Shown here one piece after another: positions 36,656 to 50,036 of a stretch of 64,000 nt of DNA. Within the stretch, counting starts at the first letter, position 1. Every line of letters begins with the position of its first letter. Made by a program: the position numbers and the translations under genes. Source of the stretch: Hydrolagus affinis (Eukaryota); assembly GCA_012026655.1 (NCBI GenBank), contig JAAILG010001612.1, positions 1 through 64,000 of the forward strand. The letters are read 5' to 3'. The notes beneath the pieces were generated by a model. That model saw only the letters and a program-made list of their open reading frames with translations. It was not told the origin of the DNA and made no database searches.

Positions 36656-37691
36656 CTGTTAAAATTCAAAAGGTGAAAGTTAGATTGGTGTCACAAGTCT
36701 CCTGCTGCTGTGTTTACTCACGACTGGTAGGATGTGACCCCACAACCAATTTGTTGTGCCTGATGAGTTCTGGGAAGAGTTATTTAGGGAAGGTGCCAGG
36801 CACAGTTAGGAAATACACATTCACAGATTATAATTTTATAGTTGCGAAAATGCCGGCTGAGATTGAGATTGAGCCAGCGATAAAAAGGAACAGCTAACGT
36901 CTTAAATGCCTAATAAAACATAGGCCTCGTTTATTATTCGAACTCAATTGTGTCAAGAAACTTCGCACGGAATTTCAAGACAAAATAAATCGCGGTAGGG
37001 AATGAATCAGTCACGGCATCCCCAGAGAAAATGACATAAAAAGACAACAGTGTTTTGTAAACACTTACACACTCATAAACAAGCAGTGATGTACGATGGG
37101 GTGACACCTCGGAGCGTTTACTAGGTGGTGAGCTGAAGGTACAGTAAATACTTGAGCGAGGCTAACTTGGCTGATTAATAACTGAGGTGCGCTAGCTTCA
37201 CCTGCCTGTATGTAATTTACTTGAACTCTAATTAAGAAATCAGTTGTTGATGCGTTAATGGGTGCCATGAGTGAAAGAGAAAAGAATCAGCCGGCGTGCC
37301 AAGAGTCAAGGTGAAATGACAGCATAGATTGGAGACATAACCAGCAATGAAGAGGAATGATCTAGGACAGGAACGTCTTACGGCTGATGACTGATCCAAA
37401 CAGTGCAGCCTCACCAGCGCGTCAAAGATAGCTTTGAGCATATAACCACAGGCAGTTAACGCTTGGTGAACAAGACTAACATGTGGAATAGTTCAGACGT
37501 TAGTGTGTCCAGACAATGCGCTGACTACAATGACAACAACTTGTATTTATATAGCGCCCTTCATGCGGGTAATGTCTTTGGGTCACTAAAGAGAATTTCT
37601 AGAATGAGAATTTCTATGATCCTCGCTCACCTTCTCGATTCCACCTGAGCATTGTAGGAATCAGACAAGGAGTCAGTACTAACAATACAAA

Positions 37692-37990
37692 GAATAATAA
37701 TTATAATACTAATCCTTGCATTTGATATCCCTGGCCTCCTTCAAGTCCCGCCTCAAGACCCTGCTCTTTGACGGTCACATCGGTCACCCCAAAATACCCC
37801 CCTTTCCTTCCACCCTCCCGTCCCTGACTCCACCTCGGCTCTTTGAAATGACTTTCAAATGCCTCGGGACGTCCTCCTGACGTGAAAGACGCAAAACAAG
37901 CGTAATTTTGTTGTTGTTGTTGTTGATGACGGCGCCTTATCTCGTCTTCGAGACACCTCAAAAGCTCTTGGCAGAATCTACTGTAAAAGA
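37692..37990. mobile_element. SINE tail (-) interrupted by an L2 3' end (+, 37729-37926)
   Basis: aatccttgcatttgatat [L2...(gtt)n] ggcgccttatctcgtcttcgagac. Confidence 0.85.
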
Positions 37991-38957
37991 ATGCAAGGAA
38001 TGCCTAATGTGCTGCTCACGGTGATTTCCAGCAATCCGGGAGCTGGAACAGGGAACCAAAAGTGAGGATGGCCCCATTATGACACTTAAACCTACGCCGG
38101 TGCCCTGACATTGACAGACAGAGGGTGAAAGTCGAAGCCGGGGTGAAGGTTCCTGAGATAGATTGTAAATGGCCAGAGTCGTTTGTCAATTTTGCCAAAT
38201 AAATAAAAGAGAAAAATTGCAGTGGAAGCTTTTAAATGTTTGCAGATCTCTTGTTGAACACTAAATCCATTGGCTGCTCGGGTTAGGTCTTTCGGGGGTG
38301 ATACTTCTCCACGCCTAGCACTGATCCACTGTCATGGATCACTTGCGTTGCTGAGAAGGTAAAGGGTTGACATGGGCTGACCTGTGACAAGTCACAGTGA
38401 ACCCGTGCTAATCGTCCGCGTGTGATCCCAGTATTCCAGAGCCAGTAAAACGCGATTTGCGCAGTCCCAACACACAACCCAGTTTTTTTTTTTTTGTCTA
38501 AACCTCCTTCCACAAGGGCAGAGAGCATTTTACAATTAAATCTAAATCTCTAAGAAGCACGTGTGTTATAAAGCAGTTTAGGAAACTAATCTGATATTTC
38601 TAATTCAGGAGGCAGGCTTCTCTCTTTGACACGCGAGCAGCTAATATTCATCTGCCGTTGTGAAATCAACGTTGTAGCCTGGCAGTTTATGCTCCATTCA
38701 TTTACAGCACTCCGCGGAGGATAGGTGCTATTTCTGGACAAATGTCATTGTGAAAAACTGAGTCTGGCCACAGAGTGGCAGAGGGACTCAATGTTTAAAC
38801 CAAAGGATTGAAAAGGCAGGGCTGACGGGTTGCAAAAACGATGAGCTTGGCACCCGACCAGACATGCGAAGGTGTTTTATATTCCTGATAAAATAACCAG
38901 CAGGTCCTGCATTTCTGGATACGCTGTTTACCGTAAGCCAAACAATAAGATTCATAA

Positions 38958-39371
38958 TGATCCTTGATGCAGCACCTTATCACATCTTTGGAGATGTGTT
39001 AAAGCACTTCACAAGATAAACTGTAAATTGAATTGACTGTACATTTTGCGGATGAAACGTGGCAACCAATTCCACACGCAGTGTCCTGCAAACAGTCGTG
39101 GATTGGCACCCAAATTATTATTATGATTATTATTATTGTGTGGTGTCCTGTAGCTCAGTGGTTAGAGCACTCACTTTTCAAACGAGAAATTCAATGCATG
39201 ACTGTTTGTGGGACACTGCTGTGCGCAATTGACTGCCGCGTTTGCCCACAAATATACGGCCAATTCACTTTACAGCATATTCTGTCAAGCTCTTTGAGAC
39301 ATCTAGTAGATGTGAAAAGTGCTATATCAAATGCAAGCACTATTATTATTGTTGTTATTATTATTATTATT
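38958..39371. mobile_element. SINE 3' part (- 38958-39105) and internally deleted SINE (+ 39139-39371)
   Basis: The + copy jumps from the head (aaacgagaa) straight to ttcaatgcatgactgtttgtggg. Confidence 0.88.
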
Positions 39372-39389
39372 TGGGGGTTTATTAGGTTT

Positions 39390-39449
39390 TAGGTATTTTC
39401 CTAAACCTAATATGAATATTAGGTTTTTTCCTAAACCTAATATGAATAT
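39390..39449 (+). repeat. 30-bp tandem duplication with internal palindrome
   Basis: taggt(a/t)ttttcctaaacctaatatgaatat twice. Confidence 0.85.
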
Positions 39450-39835
39450 CTAACTATATACAACAATAACTTGCTATATAGCACCTTCCACGCCGGGCAG
39501 CGTATTTGAGCGCTTAATAAACCTTCAGATATTAAGATTTAGGATTCTGCAACACGACTGAATTTATGTTTGCTCCTGCACTCTATGCTCCGTCCTCCCG
39601 ATGTGAAAGGCGCTTTACAAATGTAATTTTGTTATTTGTTGTTGTACAGTACTTAGAATCTGATTTCTGACAAGCTGAGAATATCATGTTACATAAAAGT
39701 ACAATTCAACTTTGCAACCTTACAAGTTAGTTATAACAATTTAAGATTTTTGCTCCCACGTTTAATTGAAAAATAAGCACTTTGATTTTTCTGGGCAATT
39801 GTAACTTTGGATGGTGATTGCAGCACCTCCTCGAT

Positions 39836-41031
39836 CAACAACAACAACGACAACAACTTCGATTTATACAGCGCCCTCCACGCCGGACGGTGTCTCAGAG
39901 CGCTTCACAATAGCGGATCCCAGGACCAAGCCAGGGACAGGGGCAGAAAGTTGACCAAAAGCGCAGTCGAAAAGAAAGGTCTTCAGATGTGAACTGAAAC
40001 TAGGAAGAGAGGGGGCGAGGCGAAGGGAGTGAGGAAGGGAGTTCCAGAGCCTCGGGGCGTAGTGGCTGAAGGTACGGCCACCGAGGGTGGAGCGGAGGAC
40101 TCGGGGGACATGGAGGAGGCCAGACCCAGAGGAGCGAAGGCAGCGGGTGCTGGTTTGGGGAGAGAGGAGATCAGAGAGATAGGGGGTGCAGAGGACTGGA
40201 GGGATTTGAAAACAAGGGTGAGGATCTTGAAGTCAATCCTCTCTGGGATAGGGAGCCAGTGAAGTCTGGCAAGGACTGGGGTAATGAGGGAGCGAAGCTT
40301 GGAGTGGGTGAGTATGCAGGCGGCAGAGTTTTGGATGAGCTGGATTTTGTGGATTGTGGTGGCGGGGAGACCGGCGAGGAGGGCATTGCAATAGTCCAGC
40401 CAAGAGGTGACAAAGACATGGACTAAGGTTTCAGTGGCTTTTGGGGTGAGGTATTGCCGGAGACGGGCGATTCGTTGGAGGTGGTAGAAGGCAGTGCTGG
40501 TAATGGACCAGATGTGGGGGAGGAAGGACAGTTGGGGGTTGAACCTGACGCCTAGGTTGCGCACAGGTTCGGAGAGTTTTCGGGAAGGCAGAAGAGGTGA
40601 GAGCCATGTGAATGGAGACGTTGACGAGAGCCAAGGAGTATGGCTTCCGTCTTGTCAACATTCAGCTGCAAGAAATTTGCGCTCATCCAGCCCCTGATGT
40701 GTGAAAGGCAGGCTGACAGAACATCAGGGGACTGGGAGTCGCAAAGTGAATTGGAGAAATAGAGTTGCGTGTCATCCGCATATATGTGGAAGTGTGCCCC
40801 ATGTCTGCGGATCACATCCCCAAGATGGAGCGTGTAGATGAGGAAGAGGAGGGGGGCAAGGATGGATCCCTGGGGTACCCCACAGGTAACTGGGTGAGAG
40901 CGGGAGGAAAAACCGTTTATGGAGATGTACTGCAGGCGGTTTGTGAGGTAGGATTCGAACCAGGCGAGTGCAGTCCCACTGAGATGGATGATGGAGGACA
41001 GGTGGTGAAGGAGGATGGCGTGGTCGACTGT
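39836..41031 (-). mobile_element. 5'-truncated L2 LINE (subfamily A) with frameshifted RT C-terminal half of ORF2
   Basis: HIYADDTQLY RT motif, RNLGVRF, LDYCNALLAGLP, LHWLPIPERIDFKIL split over several frames; (TTG)n tail; truncated at the TVDH motif. Confidence 0.95.
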
Positions 41032-41064
41032 GTTTTTTTTTTAAGGAGGGGGGTGATGGCAGCA

Positions 41065-41164
41065 NNNNNNNNNNNNNNNNNNNNNNNNNNNNNNNNNNNN
41101 NNNNNNNNNNNNNNNNNNNNNNNNNNNNNNNNNNNNNNNNNNNNNNNNNNNNNNNNNNNNNNNN
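41065..41164. other. Assembly gap (100 N)
   Basis: Run of N. Confidence 1.
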
Positions 41165-41344
41165 CCATGGATTGAAAATGACCAATTTTATTATTGTGGT
41201 TGTTTTTGGGCGGATTATTATTAGGCGTGTTAGGAGTAAGGAAACTTGCCCAAGGTTTCGCCCTGACCTGCCTGGATTCGAACGCCTTGGTCTTCCCCAG
41301 CTTGCAAGACAAGTGCTCTAACCACTAAGCCACAGGAGCTCCAC
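41165..41344 (-). mobile_element. SINE 5' half running into the gap
   Basis: On -: GTGGAGCTCCTGTGGCTTAGTGG...GTTCGAATCC. Confidence 0.9.
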
Positions 41345-43202
41345 ACTTTGAGATGTCTCAAAGTGCTTCAGGGAATATATCGTAAAAAGGACAGATTTGA
41401 TAACAACAACAACAAAATTACATTTGTATTCCGCCTTTCACGTCAGATACCCTTCCTCACACCCTCCACTCTCTATCGCCTAATAATAGATTTGGCGATA
41501 AATAAAACAATAATAAATTGTTCATTTGAGACATCTAGAAGACGTGAAAAGCCCTATATCAAATGCAAGGATTATTATTATTATTATCCTTAACTTCCCT
41601 CAGACTCTCCTTTATATATTCTCTAACTTTCTTCAGATTTCCAAAGGTCCCATTTTCCATCCCCCTACACTAAACATTCTCTAAAATTCCTCACTCCCTT
41701 TTAGTCTCAAATTGTCCATTCACTCATTTTTTTAACACCGTTGCTCTATCCCAAAGCTCCCCCGACCCCCAGCCTTATCCCTTCTTTCCCCATTTTTAGG
41801 TCGCGCCTGAAGACCTTCCTATTGGGCCATACCTACGGTAACCTTCCCCTCCCCTCGGCTCAGAGTTGTTCTTCACCTTTATCAAATGCCCTGGGCTGTG
41901 TTGTGGAAAGGAGTTGGAGGGGGCCAGGGTGGGGGAGATGGGATTGTGACGGAGGTCAGTGTTCAGATTTTAAATGGCATGAGCTGAATGCCACTGTGGC
42001 TCACTCACAGGATTCATTCAGCGCCTGTTAACCAGGCTGCAACATCAGATTCTGGCAACAGATCTTAAATCTACCAACTCTTGAAGAATCTCACTTGCAC
42101 CAGCTCTGGCCAGGATCCTTTCAATGTGGGTTAACTTACTCTTGCTCTATGCCGACAGACATCTTTCACCTTTCACTCAGGTTAATCCCTGTTCAAAGCA
42201 CTTTTGATCTGACATTAAATTTCACCAGGGCACACAGGATCTGAGCCATCTTCTCCGTGACAGTCTAACAGTCACTCTTTATGACAGAGCACCTCAGCAA
42301 CAATAAATCTTAACTCAGAATTATTGAGATGTGTTTATCCTTTTCCTGGTTCTAGTGTTACTGCAATCCGATTTTTTTTTACCGCTCTGAGCGTCCAAAA
42401 GCTGATTCCACCCCCTTCATTCCACTGTAGGTATCATTCATGTGCTTTGCAATCTAATTTCCAACTGCTTGCTTTCTGCACGATGCTGGTTGGTGAATAG
42501 TAGCAAGCGGGTGCAATAAGCAGTGGTGGAATCTGTGTCATTCTGGTCAATAAACTACAGTTTTTTTTTCAAAAATGCATCACTGCATAAATCCACATTC
42601 AGCATCATATATATATTATATATTATATATATATATGCACTGCCAATTCTTTTGTTATTATCAAACTCCAGCACAATATCCATCTCCTTGTACAACTGTC
42701 ACAAATAGTTCAGGAAAATAGACTCCAAAACATCCACTCCAAAAAGATACCAGTCATTTCCTTTTATTGCGAGTGAAGATTAGGCTCAGTTCCTGACATT
42801 ATGAAGCAAATATATTAAATTCATACGACACACATTCACGTATACGTAAGCAGAAACGCGTGCAGAAAATATATTATTTTCATTTGGGAGTGATCTATGC
42901 CGCTCATTTAGCAAAAGAAGAGAGAGAAATCTATTTTTCATGTAGATGCGCTCAAGTACTCTTGTTGATCTCTATTAAAACAAATAGAAATTTGGAAATG
43001 AAACACACCTGGAGATGGGCAAGGAAATTGTGCTCTGATTTTTTTTTAAGTAATCCAAAGCTGGTTGTACAACATTGAACTATGCAGCTATAATTTCTAT
43101 TTCCAAATGCCAGACAGAATTGCCATAATATTAACAACATTTTCCATTAATATCCTACCTTTTAGCACCTTTTAGATACTTAAGACTTTCACTCACCTTA
43201 TT

Positions 43203-43765
43203 TGTCAGTCTGGCTCAATTGGTAGCTCTCTCAGCTCTGAGTCAAAAGGTGGTGGGTTCAAGTTCCACTTTGGAAATTGGAATCCATATAGTCTAGGTTG
43301 ATACTTCGCTGAGGGGCTGATGTATTGTTGGAAATACTGTCCTTTGGATGAAACTAAGGTCCCATCTGGTTGTCTAAGTGAATGTTAAAGATCCCATAGC
43401 ACGGTTCAAAGAAGGAAGTTTCAAAAACAAATGAGATAGATATTTGTCAGGGAATAATATCTTGGGATATAATATGTAGAGTTTGGAACACAACATGCCT
43501 TGCGACTGCCAGTATGGTGGAGGACAAACTGGATAGATCTTTGTCTTCTTTTGCCAGTAAATTCTTATGTTGTTATGTTTCTCCCAGTGTCCTGGCCAAC
43601 AATCCTCCAATAAAATAGTCACTCACTTCAAGGGAGCTTGCAGGACATTACTGGTTGCAAATTGGTTGTCGCATTTCACTCACAAAATACATGCAGTTTC
43701 ATCACTTTGCGGTATATTTTGTGAAGCACTTTGAGATGCCTTGACTACGTTATAAGACAATATAT
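43203..43765 (+). mobile_element. SacSINE1-like DeuSINE with a nested CR1 3' end (~43408-43578)
   Basis: aaagaaggaag [tttcaaaaacaaatgagatagata...ttcttatgttgttatg] tttctcccagtgtcctggccaac. Confidence 0.82.
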
Positions 43766-45346
43766 CCAATGCAAGGCTTATCATCTAAAAGGAAACGTAA
43801 CTGTAGGGATGCAGTAATGAAGATCTGTAACTCTGATTTTGGCAACAATTTTGATTTTCTTTTTCTAAAATAAGAGTTTTAATTCCCACGACAGAAGCGG
43901 GTTTTTTTTTCCAGGCCAAATAGGTTTAATAAATCTGCATAAATTTAATGATGATTTTTTTTTTGTTCCGAATTGAAATGCAGTCCCCCAGGCTTCATAT
44001 TACCTATTTTGTATCAGTAATTTTTTTTAAAAAAAAGCTTTAAAGTCGATGATTCCCAAATGAATACATGCATTTCTTTAGGGTCTGATTGCAGTTGTAG
44101 CATTTGTATTGGTAAAAATGTGATGTATTTTGCATTCATCCTATGAGTTTGCAGTAATGCTTATTAAAAGGTTCAAAATAATGTGTATTTGAGGGAAGTT
44201 ATTCCAGACCATAAATTCTAGATCACCCTGCTCATAATTTTAATCAATTTTAAGAAGAAGAAATGGGTAGCTCAGAAAGAACAGGAAATCAATGTCACTC
44301 CACAGTCAGGGTTCTGGTTTTATAGAGAAAAAAGATTTAGTACCAGCCAGAATGGTCCACAAAAAAAAACATTTTATGTTGATCCAGTAAAATATTATCG
44401 CACTACTTACGTTGTCTTCTGTTTTATGGGGGTATTAGGTTTTGGTTCCAGACATTAAGAGCGCAAAAGAAACAAACACAAGCACTAAAGAACCTGCAGT
44501 GAATATTTCTGTTAAGTATATTAACAAGGACGCTGGGGAAAAAGGAAAATCAGGAGGACGGTCAGCTCTTAAAATGCATTAACATCAATGGGGTCTGCAT
44601 AGCGTCTGATGGTTAAATACTCAGTGTGTGTCACAGTGAGTCCGTAACGAGTTCCTCTCAGAGCAAATGCTGTAGCCTATTACACACATACACAAATAAT
44701 TAAACCACCCACTGTAAATCCTGCAGCATTGAGGTTATGCTAGAAGCGCAATCTAAATTCAAGCCTGGTGTAACAGTGGAAACAGCCTCTGATGCTTCCC
44801 ATGTGCCTCCAGCTAACACAAAGTACCAGTGTGCTAACTCAATGTCATTTGCACTGGGAAATTTACTCCAAGCTTTTGTGGTTTAGATTTTTTTTTTTTG
44901 GAAAAAAAATAGTTTCAAGAGCTTTTAAGGATCTCTTTGGAGGTCAGTCGACACAATGCTTGTCCTCATTATCATCAAGGCTTTTATTGTACACTGTAAG
45001 GAACCAGTCACACGCTTGACGCATGCTAATGCAACAAGCATCTAATTTGTTGCACAGAAGCACATTGATGTATAGTAAGCATAGTGTAACATATAATGGT
45101 CGCAGTTTGAATGTAACTAAAAGTCTTTAATGTTAATTTGTTACTCTAGTATTACATTAAACAACTGAGAGACTGTTATTTAGATGCGGATTTACATTCT
45201 TTGACTGGTACGGATGTCAACTGTTGTACTGAGGCATTGCCGTGAGTCTCGGATGAAAAGGCTGAACTATTTGGCTAAGAGACAGTGGACGTGATACTCA
45301 ACCACCTCCCAGTCCCTTCAAGGTGCAATGATAAATAATATTCAGA

Positions 45347-45713
45347 ATAATAATCCTCGCCATTGATACAAGCGCCTTAGCACGTCTTCAAGATGCATCA
45401 AAATGATTTACAGAATATACTGTAAAATGAATTGACTTTATATTTTGTGGGAAAAATATAGCAGCCAGTTGTATACAGAAAAGTCCTACAAACAGTTATG
45501 GATTGAGTAACCACATTTGTTTAGCTAAGGAATTATTTATTACCCCTGGAAAAGTGATCCGCTAATCGACTAACAATTGGGTTCCTACTTACTGCAAGGT
45601 AAACAGAGGTGTGTGGACTAAGGAAACTTGCCCAACATTTCACCCTGCTGGAATCAAACCCAGGTCTCTTGCTTGTGAGGCGAGTGCTCTTACCACTGAG
45701 CTACAGAACTCCA
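45347..45713 (-). mobile_element. Full-length SINE (long variant)
   Basis: Head, core and tail present. Confidence 0.9.
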
Positions 45714-45840
45714 TTTGAAATAATGTGCTTTAAGATACATCATAATTGTGTACTCAGCAATAACGCAAACCTGGTGCGGATTCGGACTCTCAACAAGTGG
45801 TGAAAATGTCTAATTAAGCGATTGTTTTATTTTAACTTAC

Positions 45841-45888
45841 CTCCATTTGGTATTCTGTCTCCTTCTCTAAACATGTATCGTTCCTTAC
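45841..45888 (-). other. Candidate 48-nt symmetric exon
   Basis: On -: ctgaaTGCtttgtttAG|GTAAGGAACG...CAAATGGAG|GTAAGT; open in two frames (GKERYMFREGDRIPNG or VRNDTCLEKETEYQME). Confidence 0.35.
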
Positions 45889-46207
45889 CTAAACAAAGCA
45901 TTCAGTAACCTGAGTCCCCAAATTCCACCTCGTCTCAGTTTGTCTGACCACTTTGTCTAAAAGCTTAAAGAATAGAATTCAAATAAGAATTTGTAATGCT
46001 TCTGTTATGCAAAAGTTTGAAAAATCCTGCAAGCCAAAAGTGGTCCTAGCCAGACAAACAACAGAAAGTTTGTCAGACATTCCTCTCAATAGCAAGCCAC
46101 GTGGTTTAGCCGGTTAAACTCCAGCAGTACCTCAGTGGATACTCTCAGATCTCAAAGTCTCTGCTTTTTCCAACCAGCACCAAATAATCTCCAGAAATGG
46201 GTAAGCA

Positions 46208-46503
46208 TCCGATTAGAGCACTCGCCTTGCCAGCGAGAGACCTGGGTTTGATTCCAGGTCAAAAACTTGTGCAAGTTTCCTCACCCCACATGCTGATAAT
46301 AATCCCTCCAAAATAAAGAAAATTGGTCATTTCAATCCACGACTGTTTGTGGGACACTGATGTGCCGCATTTTGCTCACTAATGCAGTTAATTAATACTC
46401 ATTAATACAATTAATTCACTTTACAGTATATTCTGTGAAGCGCTTCGAGACGTCTAGAAAACGTGAAAAGGGCTATATAAAATGCAAGGATTATTATTAT
46501 TAT
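46208..46503 (+). mobile_element. Near full-length SINE (short variant)
   Basis: ttagagcactcgcc...gactgtttgtgggacac...(att)n. Confidence 0.9.
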
Positions 46504-47494
46504 TAAGAGAAAGACTATGAATTCCATTCTAAACACATGCAAATTTCCCTGCATAGATGGCGTGCAGATGTGGAACACTCGAGCAAGGGTGATGGGTTTC
46601 CTTATGTGGCTAATCCTAAGAAACGGTGGTGAATTTTCTTTGGGTAAAATCCTATATACTTTACGTTTTGTTCAGTAAGTTTTGTGAATTTGTCCCTGGG
46701 CCGTTTATGAGTAACAGAGATGCCATTTAACATAGGCAACATTACGCAATGCCTGTAAAATTAAATGATATGTTTTACATTACATTATAGCGACGTATAA
46801 GTGCACAGTGTGAAATTGACAAATGTATCGTATGAAGCTCACAATTATGTAATTTTGTTAAAAGCATACAGAGCAGAAAAGTCCTTATGGTTGGTCGAGG
46901 TTACATGTGACATTTGGGAATAAGAACTTCACTTGTTAAAACAACTTTCTGCTGTGGGTTTAACTTTCTAAACTCCGGATGGAGGAGGGAGATCTTGTGA
47001 GAAACTGGAAAGAGCCCGAGGCTGTTTTCACTTTACGGCGATATTATTTCTGACATCTTAAGTCAAAAATAATAAAGGGAGAATTCTGGTTTGCTGAGGA
47101 GCGTTTGGCTGGGATTTGCAAAGTGTTTTTGTACACAGCACACGCCAATCCTCGTTCCTTGGAGGAAAGCATTTTCTTTCAAAAGTGCATCAACGTTGTC
47201 CCTGAGGAAAAGTTGGAAAAGTTTACACTGTGATGTCTCCTCCCATTCCAAGATGAAACTTTTAGCTGGAGGTTTCGGAGCTGGTTTCAAAAATTGTCCC
47301 AAAAGCCCAATGATTCAGCTTAATTTATGCATGAAACCGAAAATGTTTTTTCCATCCCCATTTTTTATGTATATAAATATCTTAAAGGCTGCATTCTTAC
47401 AGTCTGTTTCTTTTTACAAGGTATCATCGTATGTGTTAGGGAGCTTGTTCCAGTATCCTGGCCAGCACTACCCTAGAAAAAAAATTGTTGTCAA

Positions 47495-47878
47495 TAATTT
47501 TGCATTTCATTTTGTGCCTTATCACGTCAGAATGTCTCAAAACGCTTCACAGGATTCGCAGTGAAATTGAGTGACTGTACATTTGTAGGCAAACACGGCA
47601 GCACAATTGCACACAGCAATGTCCCACAAACAGCCATGGAACGAATGATTAATTTTACATTGGGGGATTGTTGGCAAGTACTGTGCACTGGGAGAAACTT
47701 GCTTCGTTTTTTTTGAATAGTGCCATGGGATCTTTAACGTTCACCTGAACAGGCAGTCAGAAAAAAATGGCACCTTCAACACCGCAGGACACCCTCAGAG
47801 CCTCATTAACAACAACAACAACAAAATTACATTTGTATAGCGCCTTTCACATCAGGAGGACGTCCCAAGGCGCTGGAC
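47495..47878 (-). mobile_element. SacSINE1-like fragment (47495-47800) and L2 tail (47808-47878)
   Basis: gcacacagcaatgtcccacaaacagc; gaatagtgccatgggatctttaacg; (CAA)n tail. Confidence 0.82.
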
Positions 47879-48289
47879 AGTTACTGCTTCAGACCCAAGT
47901 TGAGGACGGGGGGTTGGGGGAGGGGGATGTTATTTACATTAGAATGTTAACTTGGAATATTTTAGTTCACGTCCCAACAAGTCGCTATTTGCAATCGGTT
48001 GCCTACAAAAATACATACATCATCTCCAGACAAGAAAGTTGCTATACGCTTGCAAAGTAGTGAAGAGGAACTTATATATGGTGTTGAGTTCTTCATCTGA
48101 CAGCTGCATATTGGATGTATTGTCCATAAATGATGGTCATGTGAAATTTTTGCCTTGTATTGGAATATGAACCACACCAGCCCAGCAGGCAAACCATGCC
48201 TTGCTGACCCACCCCACCACCACCACCCCCCCCACCCCACCCCCGTCTGCTAATAGTCACAGCTTGCGCATTTTGGCTCCCGTAACCGA

Positions 48290-48497
48290 ACCAAGCTGCT
48301 TTCCCAAAATGCTCCCGTCCTTGTCCCCATCCCTCCACAACGGTCCCATCGGTCACCCCCCCACTCCCCTCCTTTCCCTCCACCCTCTCCGATCCCAACC
48401 CCCAGTTCTGAAACACTGACAGTCCCTCACCTTGGGACGTCCTCCTGATGTGAAAGGCGCTATACAAATGTAATGTTGTTGTTGTTGTTGTTGTTGT
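48290..48497 (+). mobile_element. L2 3' end (subfamily B)
   Basis: ccttgggacgtcctcctgatgtgaaaggcgctatacaaatgt(tgt)n. Confidence 0.8.
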
Positions 48498-48587
48498 GTC
48501 TTTATATAGATCACGACAGACTGTTTCAACTTGTCCAAAGTAGCAAAACCAGAGGAGACGGCCTGCAATTGAAGTGGGGGGGGGGCA

Positions 48588-48843
48588 TTCAGAACAAATC
48601 TACAGAAACCCTATTTTAGTGAGCGAATAGTAAACCTGTGGAAAAGGCTCCCGAGGCAGACAGTTGAAACAGGAAGTGTTGATTCCTACAAACACAGATT
48701 ATCTTTTAGGAAATAACATTATGGGAACATTATTGTACTGTACATAGGTGGTCTGTGACACATGTGCGTGCGAGCACCAGGAAGGTGGAAGGCGGACTAG
48801 ATGGACCTTGGTCTGTTTTTGTCTAGCATTTCTTATGTTCTTA
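48588..48843 (+). mobile_element. CR1 3' end
   Basis: ttttagtgagcgaatagtaaacctgtggaa...ttcttatgttctta. Confidence 0.75.
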
Positions 48844-49825
48844 CGGAATCAGTTTCTTTCAAGTTGATGTGAAAAGATTAAACAGAGAGAGAGAAAAAAT
48901 TCAGCTCTTAAAATGGACCTTGGATGACTTGCATCTCAGAATCATGGGCTGTAAACTTCACATATTCAGAAATGCTTTACTGAGCTGTCTGATGTTGTGG
49001 TCAGTCCAGAGACACACTGTACTGAGCAATGTGATTCGAAACCCCAAACGCAAGCATGAAATACAGCATTGAATCAGCTTAGTGTTGTTAGTGTGAATGC
49101 AACAGACTTGTTGAACATCAGAGAACAATTAGGAATATTCCACAACATCAGGAAGGTCTAGTCTGATGTCAAGTTAATTTGAAGAGTCGAGGGAGAAGAT
49201 GGATAACATCATACACAGTGTCGGATGTTTTAAAAAAAAAGGCAAGTTAAAATATGAGGCAACCGGGAGATATAAGTACAATAAAATGTTACTGAATATT
49301 AGTCCACATGTTTTCATTTTAAATCTGTCAAAAACAATCATGTTTTGCAGATCACTTTTCAATGCTGAATCATTTGACAATGGTAAAGATTGTGCCAACT
49401 AAAGTATGTTTTCCTGACTTCCCAGTTCTGTCAAAGATTATGAAATTTGATCCCCAGCTGTTATACGAACATACATTTCACTAAACACTGTTTATATTGC
49501 ATTAAATGTATCATAATCAGTTCAACAAAGAGTGCATTCAATAGATCGACCTTCTTTATCACTGATATAGCTTACACAGAATCTGTTCTTGTAAATGGAA
49601 AAAGATTGTTCACATGTGATGTGGCAATTGCGGCATAATTACTTTATGAAAAGTTCTTTTTATTCGAATGGAGTTTTTCACCTCCTGCAGTCAATCATTG
49701 TTGGATGCTGTTGTGTGTTTGTGCTGGATGACAGCTCTGTAATTCCTGCTTTATTGTGCCATGTGCTATTGATTTTGAAAACATCAAACTTTTCTTATAA
49801 TTTTAAACATACCCCGATTCCCGAA

Positions 49826-50036
49826 TAACAATCGCTCCAAAAAAAACGCAATAATAAAATCGGTCATTTTCAATCCCTGACTGTTTGTGGGACGCTGCTG
49901 TGCGCAATTGGCTGCCGCGTTTCGCCCACAAATATACAGTCAATTCACTTTACAGTATATTCTGTGAAGCGTTTTGAGACGTCGATAAGATGTGAAAAGT
50001 GCTATATCAAATGCAAGGATTATTATTATTATTATT
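49826..50036 (+). mobile_element. SINE 3' two-thirds, low divergence
   Basis: Near-consensus Deu core with CpGs intact. Confidence 0.92.
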
